Source: Auanema rhodensis (taxonomy: Eukaryota; Animalia; Nematoda). From it: 64,000 nt of DNA. Numbering within the stretch: position 1 is the first letter of the stretch; the number at the start of each line of letters is the position of its first letter. Below the pieces are notes generated by a model. It ran no database searches. It was not told the origin of the DNA and worked only from the letters and a program-made list of their open reading frames with translations. The stretch covers positions 9,176,001 through 9,240,000 of the forward strand of contig OZ059898.1 of assembly GCA_964057225.1 (NCBI GenBank), written 5' to 3'. Made by a program: the position numbers and the translations under genes. Below, one piece after another: positions 50,959 through 63,557 of the stretch.

Positions 50959-51511
50959 TCATAGTAAACTAAATACAGCATTATCAGTTATATCCGCAAG
51001 TTGGCGCATTGGTATTCTCTGAAATTATTTTTTAATAATAAATTCTATATCATATACATTTTGTATAATAAAGATAGTTATAGAGAACAGTAATAATTAA
51101 AATAAAATACTAACCTCTATCCGACCAAAGTATAGGCGTTTTCCAGCTGGCTTTCGGGGAGCTTTCAAGAGGTGATCCATAGGTGGAGTACTTGCTCGGG
51201 CTGGTGACATTGGTGGAGCGGCGGAACTAAATAAAAGAAATAAAACCAGCTAAGAAGTAATGAAACATACTCTGAGTTATCATTATTCAAATCCAATGAA
51301 CTATCATCTAGATCAATATAGTTTTCGTTAGTTCCAGATTCAAGTTTTGATCTTTTATTTTCAAAAGATGACTCAGAATGATGTCGTTTGAATAAACGTT
51401 GTTCACATACACTAAAATTAAACAACTCTACAAGATTCATTCTTTGAAATAAACTTACTTTACATCAACATTACATTGATTTGAATATATTGAATTTGTT
51501 CTAGCGTCCAT
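50959..51511 (-). CDS. Orphan 121-aa protein with STP, APRKP, KRLYF and LADITDN motifs
   Basis: Exons 51511-51459, 51411-51271, 51226-51115 and 51018-50959 are phase-compatible. They translate to MDARTNSIYSNQCNVDVNVCEQRLFKRHHSESSFENKRSKLESGTNENYIDLDDSSLDLNNDNSDSAAPPMSPARASTPPMDHLLKAPRKPAGKRLYFGRIERIPMRQLADITDNAVFSLL*. Confidence 0.78.
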
Positions 51512-53923
51512 TTCAAAAGAAATCTGTAATTAATGAGGTGAAGATATAAATATTGCAAAATGAAAAGGTAATTATAACGAAGAAATATACAATATTCAGT
51601 GATATACATAATTTATAAGTAAAATATATCATTTTAAAGTAAAAGCGATAGAATAACCTTTTTTTTGTAGAGAAGCAGACACATCAGATATAGCAGTTTT
51701 CAATCTCTATGTGACATGCTTAGTACATTTTAAACAAAAATTGGAATATAGCATTATTCGTCATGATAGAATTCAATGATTAAATAGCTTAATTTATATG
51801 CATTATATCAAATCAAAAAAAACTTTGAACGAGGTAATAAATGTCAAAAATTCACTTATCAAATAAGAGAAGGATGATCAAATAGATTAGATAAGTAAAC
51901 AGCAGCTCTCTGTCATATTTTGATGTTCTCTTACATATAAAACTAACTGGAAGAAATAAATATAATCGTTAACAAGAATTTGCGAAAAAGTGATGGAAGG
52001 AGGAAGAAATTGTAAAATTACGTTTCGAATGTAAGTCATTTAAACAAATGAATTCATAGGAAAAGGAAATTGCAAAACAATGCCTTTGTCATTGGGTGCT
52101 GATGTCAAGACCAAATATGTTGACAAAATGGATGAATAATCAAATAAGTCAGTCAGTCACTCTTCTTTCAAAAATAATCTAACTAAACTAGCTAATAAGT
52201 GGAAAATGAATGCAAACTGATTGCAAATGGATAATATGACCATTCAACACTGAGTCATGCGCCTACAACACCTCTGGTGCTTACATAACCAGCGGATAGT
52301 AAAGACGGATAATATACTATACGCATAATCGGATTTATTAGACAAACATGAAAGAAACGGATTGACGCTTTACTATCTATCACTATGATATGTATGACTG
52401 TAATATTAAGTAGGCTATGAATAAGGTCAAATGTTGTATGTAACCTGAGGTAAGTACAAGGTGACCTCTCGAAAAAACATAAAAAAACATGATTCTAAAG
52501 AGAAACATCAACAAACGAAAATAAAGAATACTGTACTATAGTTCTATTACAAATGAAATTGTAATAAACAATAATATTTACAAACATTCGTGGATATATT
52601 CTTGTTTACTAGTGAATACTTACATAAGTACAAATGAAAATACAAAGAAGTTTCACGTTTAGTCACATCGATTATTGAGAATGATGAAATGCGAATAGCC
52701 TAATGTGTACAAGGCATATGAACTAAAAAGTGATTGACAAATAAATTCATATATATGGATAACATAATGGTGATACTACAGAGTTAAAAATAAGATGAAC
52801 ACTATACTCAAAGGTGTCTCATCCGCTCGGTTTCCTTTAAATAATCGGCAAAATACGGAACAAAAACGGATGCGGATACAACAAAAAGACTTTTCTTACT
52901 TTACTCTTTTTTTCCTTAGAAAGGAAAAGATAAGGAGGGCGGGTGAAAGAAAAGATGAAAACGTGAAAGCCGCAATATAAAAAACTGAACTCATCCGATA
53001 TAAAGCGAAAAAAGTTAAAGAAATAGTAAAAGTAAACAAGGTAGGCCACACAGTTTGAATTTTTTTCAGGAAAAGGTTCCAAAAGGAGTTCTTTTCTCCG
53101 AATCCCATTATTCTATTTCATTCAGGCATTATGATTCAATGTCACAACACCGAGAATTCATTTTCTTTTATTTAACAACGATACAGAGATGAAAACTTCT
53201 TTAACATTATGCAATAATATGCAAATTTCATGCGAAACACAGATGCAAATTCAAAAAACAGACAAAAGAAGAGGAAAACAGATACCAGATCGAAAATAAG
53301 AATGTTATTGAAATACTTACTCTAATAATACCTTTTCAAGTTATTTTTGACCTGCGGTATCACTATGTCAGAGCAGAGTTTGATTTTCCTTATGTAATAT
53401 AGAGATAGTTGTCGCTGGTCATTGCTAAATCACTGTCAACAACTTGCTGAAAAGGGAACAATACTATAAATGAATTTTCAAAGAACAAATAAAGTAACAA
53501 ACTACAATCTTTGATTGAGAAATAAAAAATTTTATGGAAATAGTTAACTTTTTTTTTAATAACTATTATAATATATGAGATTTAATTGAAATATGATATG
53601 TTATCAAAATGAAATATTTTGCATGATGACAAGTAATATACTATTAGACGACAACATAACGATATAATGTTATTTTTCATGTTGAATATACGATGAGCAA
53701 TTGCTTCAAATACGTATTTTTTCGTATAATGCATACATAGTTAATGGGTGTTCTGGTTTTGAGACGATAATTATGAATGGTCATTTATGTTTACAACTTG
53801 AAAACAATTCGATGCTTAAATGTCTGCCGTAGTTGTATTATTCAAACTTTAATTTTTTTTTCAATTAGCATTTCTCACTACGTACGTAGTCAATATATTG
53901 TTTTGTTACTAAATTGTTATGAT

Positions 53924-53954
<31 letters not shown>

Positions 53955-54477
53955 CAAAAAATATATATATGTATAGCTACGTCAGTGGATTCAGTGATCC
54001 ACTTTGTAATAGTTCAAAACAAAAAGAGATGCTTTTATGACCTTCGGAAGTTTTCGATGCACATAATTGTATTCATGACATGTAAGCAAGCAAGTAAATA
54101 GGGTCGCAACTAAATGGCTTGAGGAAGGTTATTTTTTTAAAAAATGGATCAATCCGAAGTTACTGAGATAGTTGTTGAAAACTTTGAGCAATATTACAAC
54201 AAAGGAACACAAGAACACTAATGCTAAAGTAACATGATCTTCATACATTGGATACCTATTCTGAAAAAAAGCGTGGGCTAAGTTTCAATGTTTTTTAAAC
54301 AGTAATATAATATAATTTGAATTTCTTAATAGTTAATACAAGCACACTGATCCAGTACAGCTATGTCTTGGAGAAACTTAATGTAGAAAACTGTATGAGT
54401 AGCATTTTCATATTTTGCTCTAAAATATACGCTTTCTATAAGTTGAAAACTGATGAAAAGCTGTTTTGCCTAGTCAG

Positions 54478-54965
54478 TAGAGGCTAGAGGAGAGAAGAAA
54501 AACGGAATAGAGAGAGATAGAGAGAGAAAGGGAGAGTGAGAGGGCGTGTATGAGAAAAAGAAATAAGAGAGTGAAGCAAGAAGCTGACTGAGGGTGGAGG
54601 GAGATGAAGAAGGAGATAGAGAAATGAAGAAAAAGAGAGAGTGGAACTGCGAGGGAGAGAGAAAAAAAGAGAAAGAGGGCGAAGAGGGAGAGAGAAAGTG
54701 TGAGATTGGAGAAAAGCAAGGAGAAGCTTTATGTGCTAGATGTATAGAGAGTATGTGGATCGATGTGCACCAGCTTCTGCTCCTTCTCTTCTAAACCAGC
54801 CTCCTCTCGTCCTTGCTCTCTATGCTACTCTCTCCTTCTATCTATCTATTTTCAGTTTCTTACTACTCTTCACACGGCCTGTCCAAACGACTCTCCAGCC
54901 GTAGCCGAGACTTGCTGGACCCGATCATACGGGGGTCCCTCTATCACTTTTCTCTCTTCTTCCTT
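54478..54965. repeat. Low-complexity GA-rich purine tract followed by a CT-rich pyrimidine tract
   Basis: 54478-54728 is predominantly G/A (gagagagatagagagaga...). 54775-54965 is C/T-rich. Confidence 0.8.
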
Positions 54966-56483
54966 AGTAATATATCTTGAATTCCATATTTCTCTAATTC
55001 TCTCAATTCAAGAAAGCTTTAAGATGAATCTTTAATTATTTTATATATGTATGCTTATTCGTATTAGAACGCTAAACTCTAAAGTAAGAAACGTTTCATG
55101 TACCATTAGTTATGTTCAGTTTCATTACTTCCTCCTTTTTTTGTCGTCATGTTCTCTGATTCAGTCAATAAACTTAACAGTTTTATTCGAAGAACAATTT
55201 GGTATTTCCAATATATCGTTTTTTTTTTGAAATTTACAAAAAAAAAGTTGGAAAAAATAATTTTGCAAATTTTTGTTGAACATTTCAATGAGCCAAAAGC
55301 TTAAAGCATCAAGAACATTCAACGCTTCTCATTTGAGATGAAATAATATAATTCAGATGTTTGGAAGCAAATATATTATAATTAAAAATTTTAAATCTAA
55401 ATAAAAACAGTTTGATCTTTGAAAAATTTTAATTTATATGGAAGTATTTCATTTTATTCTTCTCTCTTTTGTTACTGTTCTATGCTTTCTTCTATTCTTC
55501 ACGACACGATGCTTTTTCTTTTACGAATTTAGCAAATAAATAAAATCAATTTTTCACAATTCACATTCTAATACCGTGAGCTAATAATGATTGACGTAAA
55601 ATAATTATAAGTTATATTTAAACATTAATGTTTAAACAAAAATTATTTTAAACTATACTTTAATACTAAAATGAACAAATTAAAAAAAATATAGTTATTC
55701 TTATAATCTTTGTTACATAGTAATGAATCATTAGATAAACAAGTGTTCAATGTACTTTCTATTTCTTGTGTTTTCTACGAGTTGTAGACTCGAAAGGAGA
55801 CATAATTTTGAACGGAAAACCACAACGTTCCTATTATTCTCCAATTTACAAACTTTCTATTTGTCATAACTCTTTACTTACACGATTTCAAATCTTCAAT
55901 CTGTCAATTAAAATTACAATATTGTAAACGAATTCTTCAAAGAAAATGAACAATAGCTTCTAATTCAATGTGAAATCTCATTGGCATTTGGTCGTATTTT
56001 CAATTACATTTCCAAACTAGCCATTTTTCGAATTATTAGTTTGTTCCAAATACTTTTATTATTTTATAATTATCTATTTTTAATATATTTCGTCTCTTTT
56101 GAACACAATATTAGAAAATTTTTATTAATTGATCGTGTTTCGTCGCATAGACACTACAAAATAATTTTTTTTGGTATATGTACATAAGATATTGTAGTAT
56201 CAATTTGATTTTTTCGTAGAAGTTAACGATGATATTTGAATTCATTTATTTATTTTTTCAGCTTTCAACGTTTTTCCAAAGAAATTCAATTAATTCATTT
56301 ATAGTTTTCGCTGTCCCATCTGTCAATTGTGGCCTTTACTCTTTATTTATATATATATAACTATATCATTTTGAGTTCATAGTAATTTTAAAAAAACTTA
56401 AGAAATCCATAAATATAAGCAATGCATTTTGAATAATAGTAACAGATATTAAGATATATTTTATTTGGTATGATGGCTCTTAA

Positions 56484-56620
56484 GGGTCACAATGGTCACA
56501 CAGGGGTGGCCAGGCGTCACAGCTTACATTGATGTAAAACAGAAGGTGTCCTAAGCTCTACATTAATACCACACACAACCTTTTGTTTTTATTTTTTCCA
56601 ATTGTTTTGGCATATAAATA
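56484..56620 (+). promoter_or_regulatory. Putative PTR promoter: nuclear-receptor-like half sites plus TATA-like box
   Basis: GGGTCA-caa-TGGTCA (56484-56498) sits in a locally GC-rich patch. TATAAATA is near 56613, followed by a possible short 5'UTR exon ending GAAG|GTATAT at about 56665. Confidence 0.35.
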
Positions 56621-59031
56621 TAAATTTGCTCATTCAGTTGAAGTATATCTTTCATTTTTTTGAAGGTATATACATGTATGTACATGTATATGTATATATA
56701 GTTATATATTTTTATTTTTATTTATCATTTAACAAAAAAAATCTATACAGAATATGCTGTAAATAAGAATAAATATAAGAATTATGTAGTAGATGAAATA
56801 AAGACAAAATGAAGTGAATATTAGCTAAATATTGAAGAAGTGATCATAATTCATTTTAGCAATTCATTTCTTAATTAAAACTAACATCAAAAATATGTAC
56901 ATAATAGAGTATATATTCATATAATAATCAATTATAATCAAAATCTGTTTTGATTGATTTACTTCAAAATTCATATAATAACAGCTGATAATTTATTTGT
57001 CTTATGTATAAAAATAGATTATGTTAAGTATACTACCGTCCTTCATGGTAACCAGCTCTATTGCGTATCGTCTAGTTTCTTATATATGCCTCAAGATTTG
57101 ATTTATCGATTGAAATCATAATCTTTTAGATGATTCTTTTTTTTTAATTCTTTATTTCATCAAAAATCTTACTTTTACATTAATATTCACCATTTCCTGT
57201 GAATATTAATGCAGCTAAGCGTAAAGTTCTTTCTTACATTTGAAAGTCTACATAGGTAGAAAGGAAAGCTTGAAATCTCAGACTTTATAACATGCTTACT
57301 ACACATTTAAACCAAACTGAACGAATTTTGAATTTTAAATTAACTTCAACTCAGGTTCTTAAATATAAAGAATTAGTAGAAATTTGGTTATTGATGATAA
57401 CTTAATTATACTTATTATTTAAATCAATGTAGCTAATATAATGAAACAGTCCTCTAAGACCAACATCATCAAGATTCACAGATCTCAATGTTCAACAGCG
57501 TTGCAAGGAGCAATAGAGCTAACGTCAAGAGTATGAAATATATTGAAGAATAAGAGATATGAAGTGAAAGAAAAACTGAAACAGAGTGTTGAGATAACAA
57601 AAATACAACGAAAACTAAAGAGAGAAGAGAGAGAGGTCATGCGTTAGAGCAGAAGGAAGAAGAACACTTTGAACAGATGGACATACAAATGGCCAGATGA
57701 CAAACATAGTTCTCATATCAAGTCTACATCCGTTCATGAGGAGTTCTAATGTCGCTTAAAACTTCTTATAGCTTCACAGTATTTTTGTCAGCTTTTCTAA
57801 CTTTTTCTCTCATAAATCAGAATCAAAATATTATTCTTTAAGATTAATTAACTTAATTTTCAAATATTCTATTTTTGGTCTCTCTCTCTTATTTCGTTTT
57901 TTTTATAGAAAACTTTACTCTTCTGCCATTTTTGCATATGAAGAAATATTTTTCTCTTATTTTTTAAAATATGCATATAGTTAACAAAAAAAATGAAGTA
58001 TCCTCTATACTTATCTACAATACTAGTAAATTATATTTTTTATTTTTCTAGTCTTTTTTTGCATGCACAGTTGTAAGAAGCATAAATTCATTTAAAATTC
58101 TACTTTATACTACATTTTTTTCAAATTTTTCTGAAAAATAATTAAATTTCAGTGAAATTTGAATATTTGTTCTCTTTCAATTGGACAGAGTCAAGCAACT
58201 TATTTATTTTTAAGAACTATACCACGAGAAACTTGGATGTAAATTCGTCTGTATTTACTTTTCTATGAGTTCTAAACGTGCTTTTTCAATCTTGACCATT
58301 ATGAAAAGTTGAATCAATTTTATTTATTTGGTCTCATGCACAATTCTATTTTATTAATATTCTAACTATATCTAGTATTCGTACATTTCCACATAAACAA
58401 ATAGTATTCATCATCGTCTTCAAAATTATTGAAGAAGAAAAAATATCATGTAGATATGAAAGTATTGCAAAAACAGTCTATAGCATTTCTTTTAATTTAA
58501 GCTTCATCTATTAAATATCAATATTCATACATAATATATAATAACGCCTTCACATACTTATTAGAATTTCACTCCATCATTAGCTTGAGCGTAGTTTACA
58601 AGATTTATCTTTGCAATTCTGAAAATATTCTACTATAGTCAAATATATTACTATTGTTATTAGAATTGAGAAAAGTTTACATTCTTCAATGATCACTTCT
58701 CACATCTAATCTGATTTAACAAGGGAGGATGAACAGCGTGAGAATTCATTAAGCACAAGCGAGCTCTGTCGCCTAGCATATATAATTTTAGTTGTAAAAC
58801 TTGCTTCTCTTTCTCCTCTCGTACTGTTTTCTTACTTTTCAATAATTTCTCAGCAACATATTAAGAAGAATAAGAACTTTTAACTATTATCGTTAACTTA
58901 AAATTTTTTATATTATAGTCAGTGAATATAAAAATCTTTTCTTTATTTTTTCTTTTTTTTTTAATTATAATTAGTTTTAATATTTAATTTCATACAGTAA
59001 TTCTTTCTTTTTTAGGTTCGTGAGATGTGAA

Positions 59032-62000
59032 ATGGGTGAAGAGCAAAAAGAACAAGTTTCACTACCCAGAGTTGAGGTTAAAGCCACAAGTGATGATCAA
59101 GATGATGAAGCAGAACATGATGTTCGTTTATCGTATTTGAATTCATGTTATTCAACTGTTTGTTACAGGTACTTGTTCAAGTTCCAAAGCTAGATCTTGG
59201 AGATATGACATCAAAATCAGATGATAGCAGTAAAAGAAGTAAGATTATTAAAAGTATTCATGTTATAATATTTTCATATTATTCAATTATGAAAGATTAA
59301 ACAAGTTTTAAACTAAAAAAATAGTTCTCGCAAACATATATACATATGTTAGTTCATACTGATTAGCATATGCATATGCGACTATGTATACTGGTGCACG
59401 TGAAAATATATATTCTAATTCAAGGCGGTTATGTCTTCTTTGTTTTTCCATTTAAACTTTCAATCTTCTATTATTAGTCAATCCTTACAGAATCTGAACA
59501 ACAACGAAAGCTTATGCCATTATGGGCTTATTTCTCTTTACGTGGCTTTTTTCAATTAATTGGACGAACAGTTGGTGCCAATCCTTTTGCATATCTGACT
59601 GTAGCCATAATATTAAGTATTAACTCAGGTACAACTCTATTTTTGACAACAACAAATGCAATATATGAACATATTTAGCTGGCATGTATAAAATGGTATT
59701 GAAAGATAGAATACGTGATGGCTATACACCAATTAATGCTCCAAGTCGCTATGAAACTGATGTCATTCGCGAATTTTGGAATTCCACTGGTGATCCCATG
59801 ATGACACTTTTCATATTACTTGCAAAAGATGGTGGCTCTGTACATCGGAAAGATCATTTAAACGAAGCTCAAAAGTTAATTCATTATATGGATCATAATT
59901 TTACAGTTCCATTTAATGGTGAAAATTTAAAGTATGTAACAATTCTTTAAAAATATAATATATAAATTTAAATTAATTACAGATTTATTGATATGTGTCA
60001 TCCGTATTGTAATATGAACAAAGTTTTTGATATATTCAAAGTAATTGCATTCTTTTATTTAAAATATTTTATACAAAATTTAATTTGTAGGATGGTTTTG
60101 ACGAAGAATATTTTCGAGCAGTCAATAATCAGACTCGATCTGAAAACACTAATTTGTCGTTTCCTGTTACGAATGTGAACGGATTTGAGGTTAGATTAAA
60201 AAATATTTACATTAATTATTTATTTGTATGTATATAGATACAATTAGAACGATCATTCTTTGGTGTTAAATTGAATGAGCCTAATGCATCTAAGCAATTT
60301 GTTGAACAAGAGATTACAAATATGGAATATGTAAAGGTTTAAATTAATTCCAACTGAATAAACTAACATATTCGAATTTATTCCAGGTGTTACTTTTCAT
60401 ATTCCGTGGCGATAAGGGTGATTCAAAACGAGAAGCTCAATTTGCAGCTTGGGAGTTAGGCGCTTATGACTGGAGTCTCAATCAGTACAATAGTTCATTA
60501 ATCGATCTCATGGTAACTTTGTGACAACTTTACTGATTTGCTATGAAAATTATCGTAGGTAGTCGGTACCGAAATACTCGATGCGGAAATGATACGGGAT
60601 GGACGTAGAATGACACCTTTCTTTGCTGCAGGTAAACTTTACAAACCTATTTTAATACATACATACATATATGTATATATATATTTATATATATGTATAA
60701 AATTAATAATATATTATTGGAATTGATATATATATATATATTACAGGTTTTGGTTTTATGATCTCATTTGTTAGTATTTGTGTATATGCCAGCGCTGTAT
60801 ATTATAATTCTGTGGACCGAGGAAAAATGTACGAAAAAAAAGTTTAATTTGCAATTCCATTTTTAACTATTATTCGATTACCAATTCATTTTATAAATTT
60901 TGAATTATGATACAATGTTTTAGTTTGGTCGGCATAGGAGCTACATTATGCCCTATCTTAGCAATTACTTCAACTTATGGAATAATCTCCTTTTTGGGAT
61001 TCCGAGTAAATTCCTTTATGCTTGTAATGCCGTTCTTAATTATGGGAATTGGTTAGTATATCTTAATTAATATTGACTTGTGTTTTATCTTTCAGGTGTT
61101 GATGATAGTTTTTTAATGTTGCACGCTTGGCAACGAATGAGTCGTTACGGCTATACAGTTGTCGAACGTTTAGGTAAAAACAATAAAATATTTATAAAAC
61201 ATATTAATTAACATAATATAGGTATGGTTTATGAGGAAGTTGGACCTAGTATAACTATAACATCTCTCACGAATTTCCTTTCTTTTGGTATTGGAGCTCT
61301 AACACCAACTCCTGGTTATACAAACAAACTAAGTTGATAATACAATTGAAAATTTGCAGAAATTCGATTGTTTTGTATGGCTACAGCAATTGCTATGATT
61401 TTAACGTATGTGCTACAAATCGTACTGTTTGGACCTGTGTTAGCAATAGCTACGCGCTTTGAGCATGCACCTGCTGAATATAAAAAAGAACCATCAGGCT
61501 GGAGACAATCGGTAAACAAATTTGAAGAAAATTTAAGAAACATACAAATGCGATAAATTTGTATTTTAAGGTTGACCGAATTTCTGCTAAAGTTCTAAGA
61601 TTATACTGTAAACTTATTGGCCATCGTGCATTTATGGTTTTGATAATAGGTGCTACTGTTGTGTACTGGTTTGTATTATGTTAAACATAGCTAAATTTAA
61701 AAAAATCTTTAAATAGGTATTTTGGCATAATTGGTATAATGAATATTAGAACTCGCTTGGATGCGGTTAAAATTTTGCCTCGTGATTCTCCCATCCAAAG
61801 ACCTAATGACATTCTAACAAATATAGGTATAAATATTTAGTTAATAATATAAATTAATATAAAAAGAATCATATTGCATCATAATTTTTTAGTTTGGGCT
61901 GAATACCATCCTGTTACTATTCTTGTGAATAATCCATTTGATGTTTCAAATCAAACACAAACTGATCTCTTTTGGGATATGATTAATGAGTTTGAACATA

Positions 62001-63557
62001 TGCACAATGCCAAAGGTTGTTTGATTTAAATTAAAATATTCAATAAAAGTGAAATATTAAGGTCCTACTTCTTCCATGATTTGGCTTCGAGATTACATCA
62101 ATTTTTCTTACTACGGTGAACCAATTGACATTTTAGCTTCTCTTTTTGGCATCAAAACAGAGAAAAATAATCCTCGAATCGACCCTTATCAGGTATTTAT
62201 TATAATTTTTATTTGTAATTTATATATTCCTTAAGGCCAATTTGACAACTAATAAATTATATTCATTTTTACAATCACCATTCTATGAACACTGGAATAC
62301 ATTTATGAAAATAAAAAATACTAGGTTAGTTTGATTAAATTTTTAAAATACTTAACGAAGTACTTTAGTTCTCATCCAATCATTGAAAGATTCTGGTTAA
62401 CTGTAGCATATGATAATACTTCAACTTGGGAGACAAGAATAGAACTTATGGAAGAATGGCGCGTAGTAGCAGCAAAGTAAGGATATTTTATAATATTTTT
62501 TATTTATATTTATTCAATAAGAATTTTTAATAACTAAATTATGTGTATTGTTAAGATATAATGCTTTAAATGTTACTGTCTGGGAGCCCAATGGGATGTT
62601 TGTGGATCAAATGTTAAGTTTAAAAACTGTAGCAATGCAGGTTGGATATAATACCTTTAGGATCTAAACTAATGAAATACTTTAGACTGGTGTCCTAACA
62701 TTAGTTTGTATGGCTGTCGTCTGTGCAATATTCATTCCTAATCCTTGCAGTGTTATAACAGCATCAATTGCTATCGCATCGATAAGCATAGGTTTGATAT
62801 TATAATTAAGGTAATTTTATAACTGAGATAAACAGGTGTTGTTGGATTCTTGTCTTGGTGGAACTTTGACTTAGATCCTGTGGTGATGGCAGCAGTTCTT
62901 ATGACAATAGGCATGAGTGTAGACTTTATTGCACATGTCTCATACCATTATCAGGTACGTAACAAATTTTATTTTTTATTAATTTATTAAGCTGATCGAA
63001 AAATTTTAAGTTAACCAACAAAAAAGTAATTCAACATGGAAAAGTGATTAAGATAGCTGTCACAGGTCCGCAAGAAAAATTGGAACACACATTAGGTTAT
63101 TATAATTTGTAATATTATTACATAATATTCATTTAAGAAGCTGTTGGCTGGCCAATGATTCAAGCTGGTGTTTCTACTATTTGCTGCATACTCCCTCTTC
63201 TATTTTTGGCGGTAAATTTCGTACATTTTCATTTCTACTACTTTTTTTTAACGAATTTCAGAGCTACTCACCTTCAGTGTTTGTTGCAGCCATATTTTTA
63301 GTTGTATCATGGGGAGCTGTGCATGGCCTTGTGGTCTGATCTGAAATATTAATTACCAACTTTTTTTCCTTCTTCAGATTTTACCAAGTTTTTTGGGTAG
63401 TCTGCCGGATTGCCTAACCAATGCGAATTGCTATAGAACGTTCCTCTCTACTTCATCTGAGAAAAGCTGCCGCTATGTAGGAAGAAGAGATGATCCAGAT
63501 TCTGATTTGGAACAAGAGGAACAAGCATTAAACTCTGATCAAAAAACAACAGTTTGA
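59032..63557 (+). CDS. Patched-related (PTR) sterol-sensing-domain RND protein
   Basis: Motifs include [11 protein letters not shown] and [11 protein letters not shown] segments [22 protein letters not shown] and [22 protein letters not shown], and in the second half [39 protein letters not shown] and HGLVILP. Stop TGA is at 63555-63557. Confidence 0.93.

Noticed and set aside
54474-54794. ORFs over the GA-rich tract
   Set aside because: Low-complexity artefacts with no splice or homology support.
55617-57211. 20-bp palindrome (55617-55636) and 13-bp stem (57178-57211)
   Set aside because: Almost pure A/T in an AT-rich genome, with no TSD, CTRR end or second copy.
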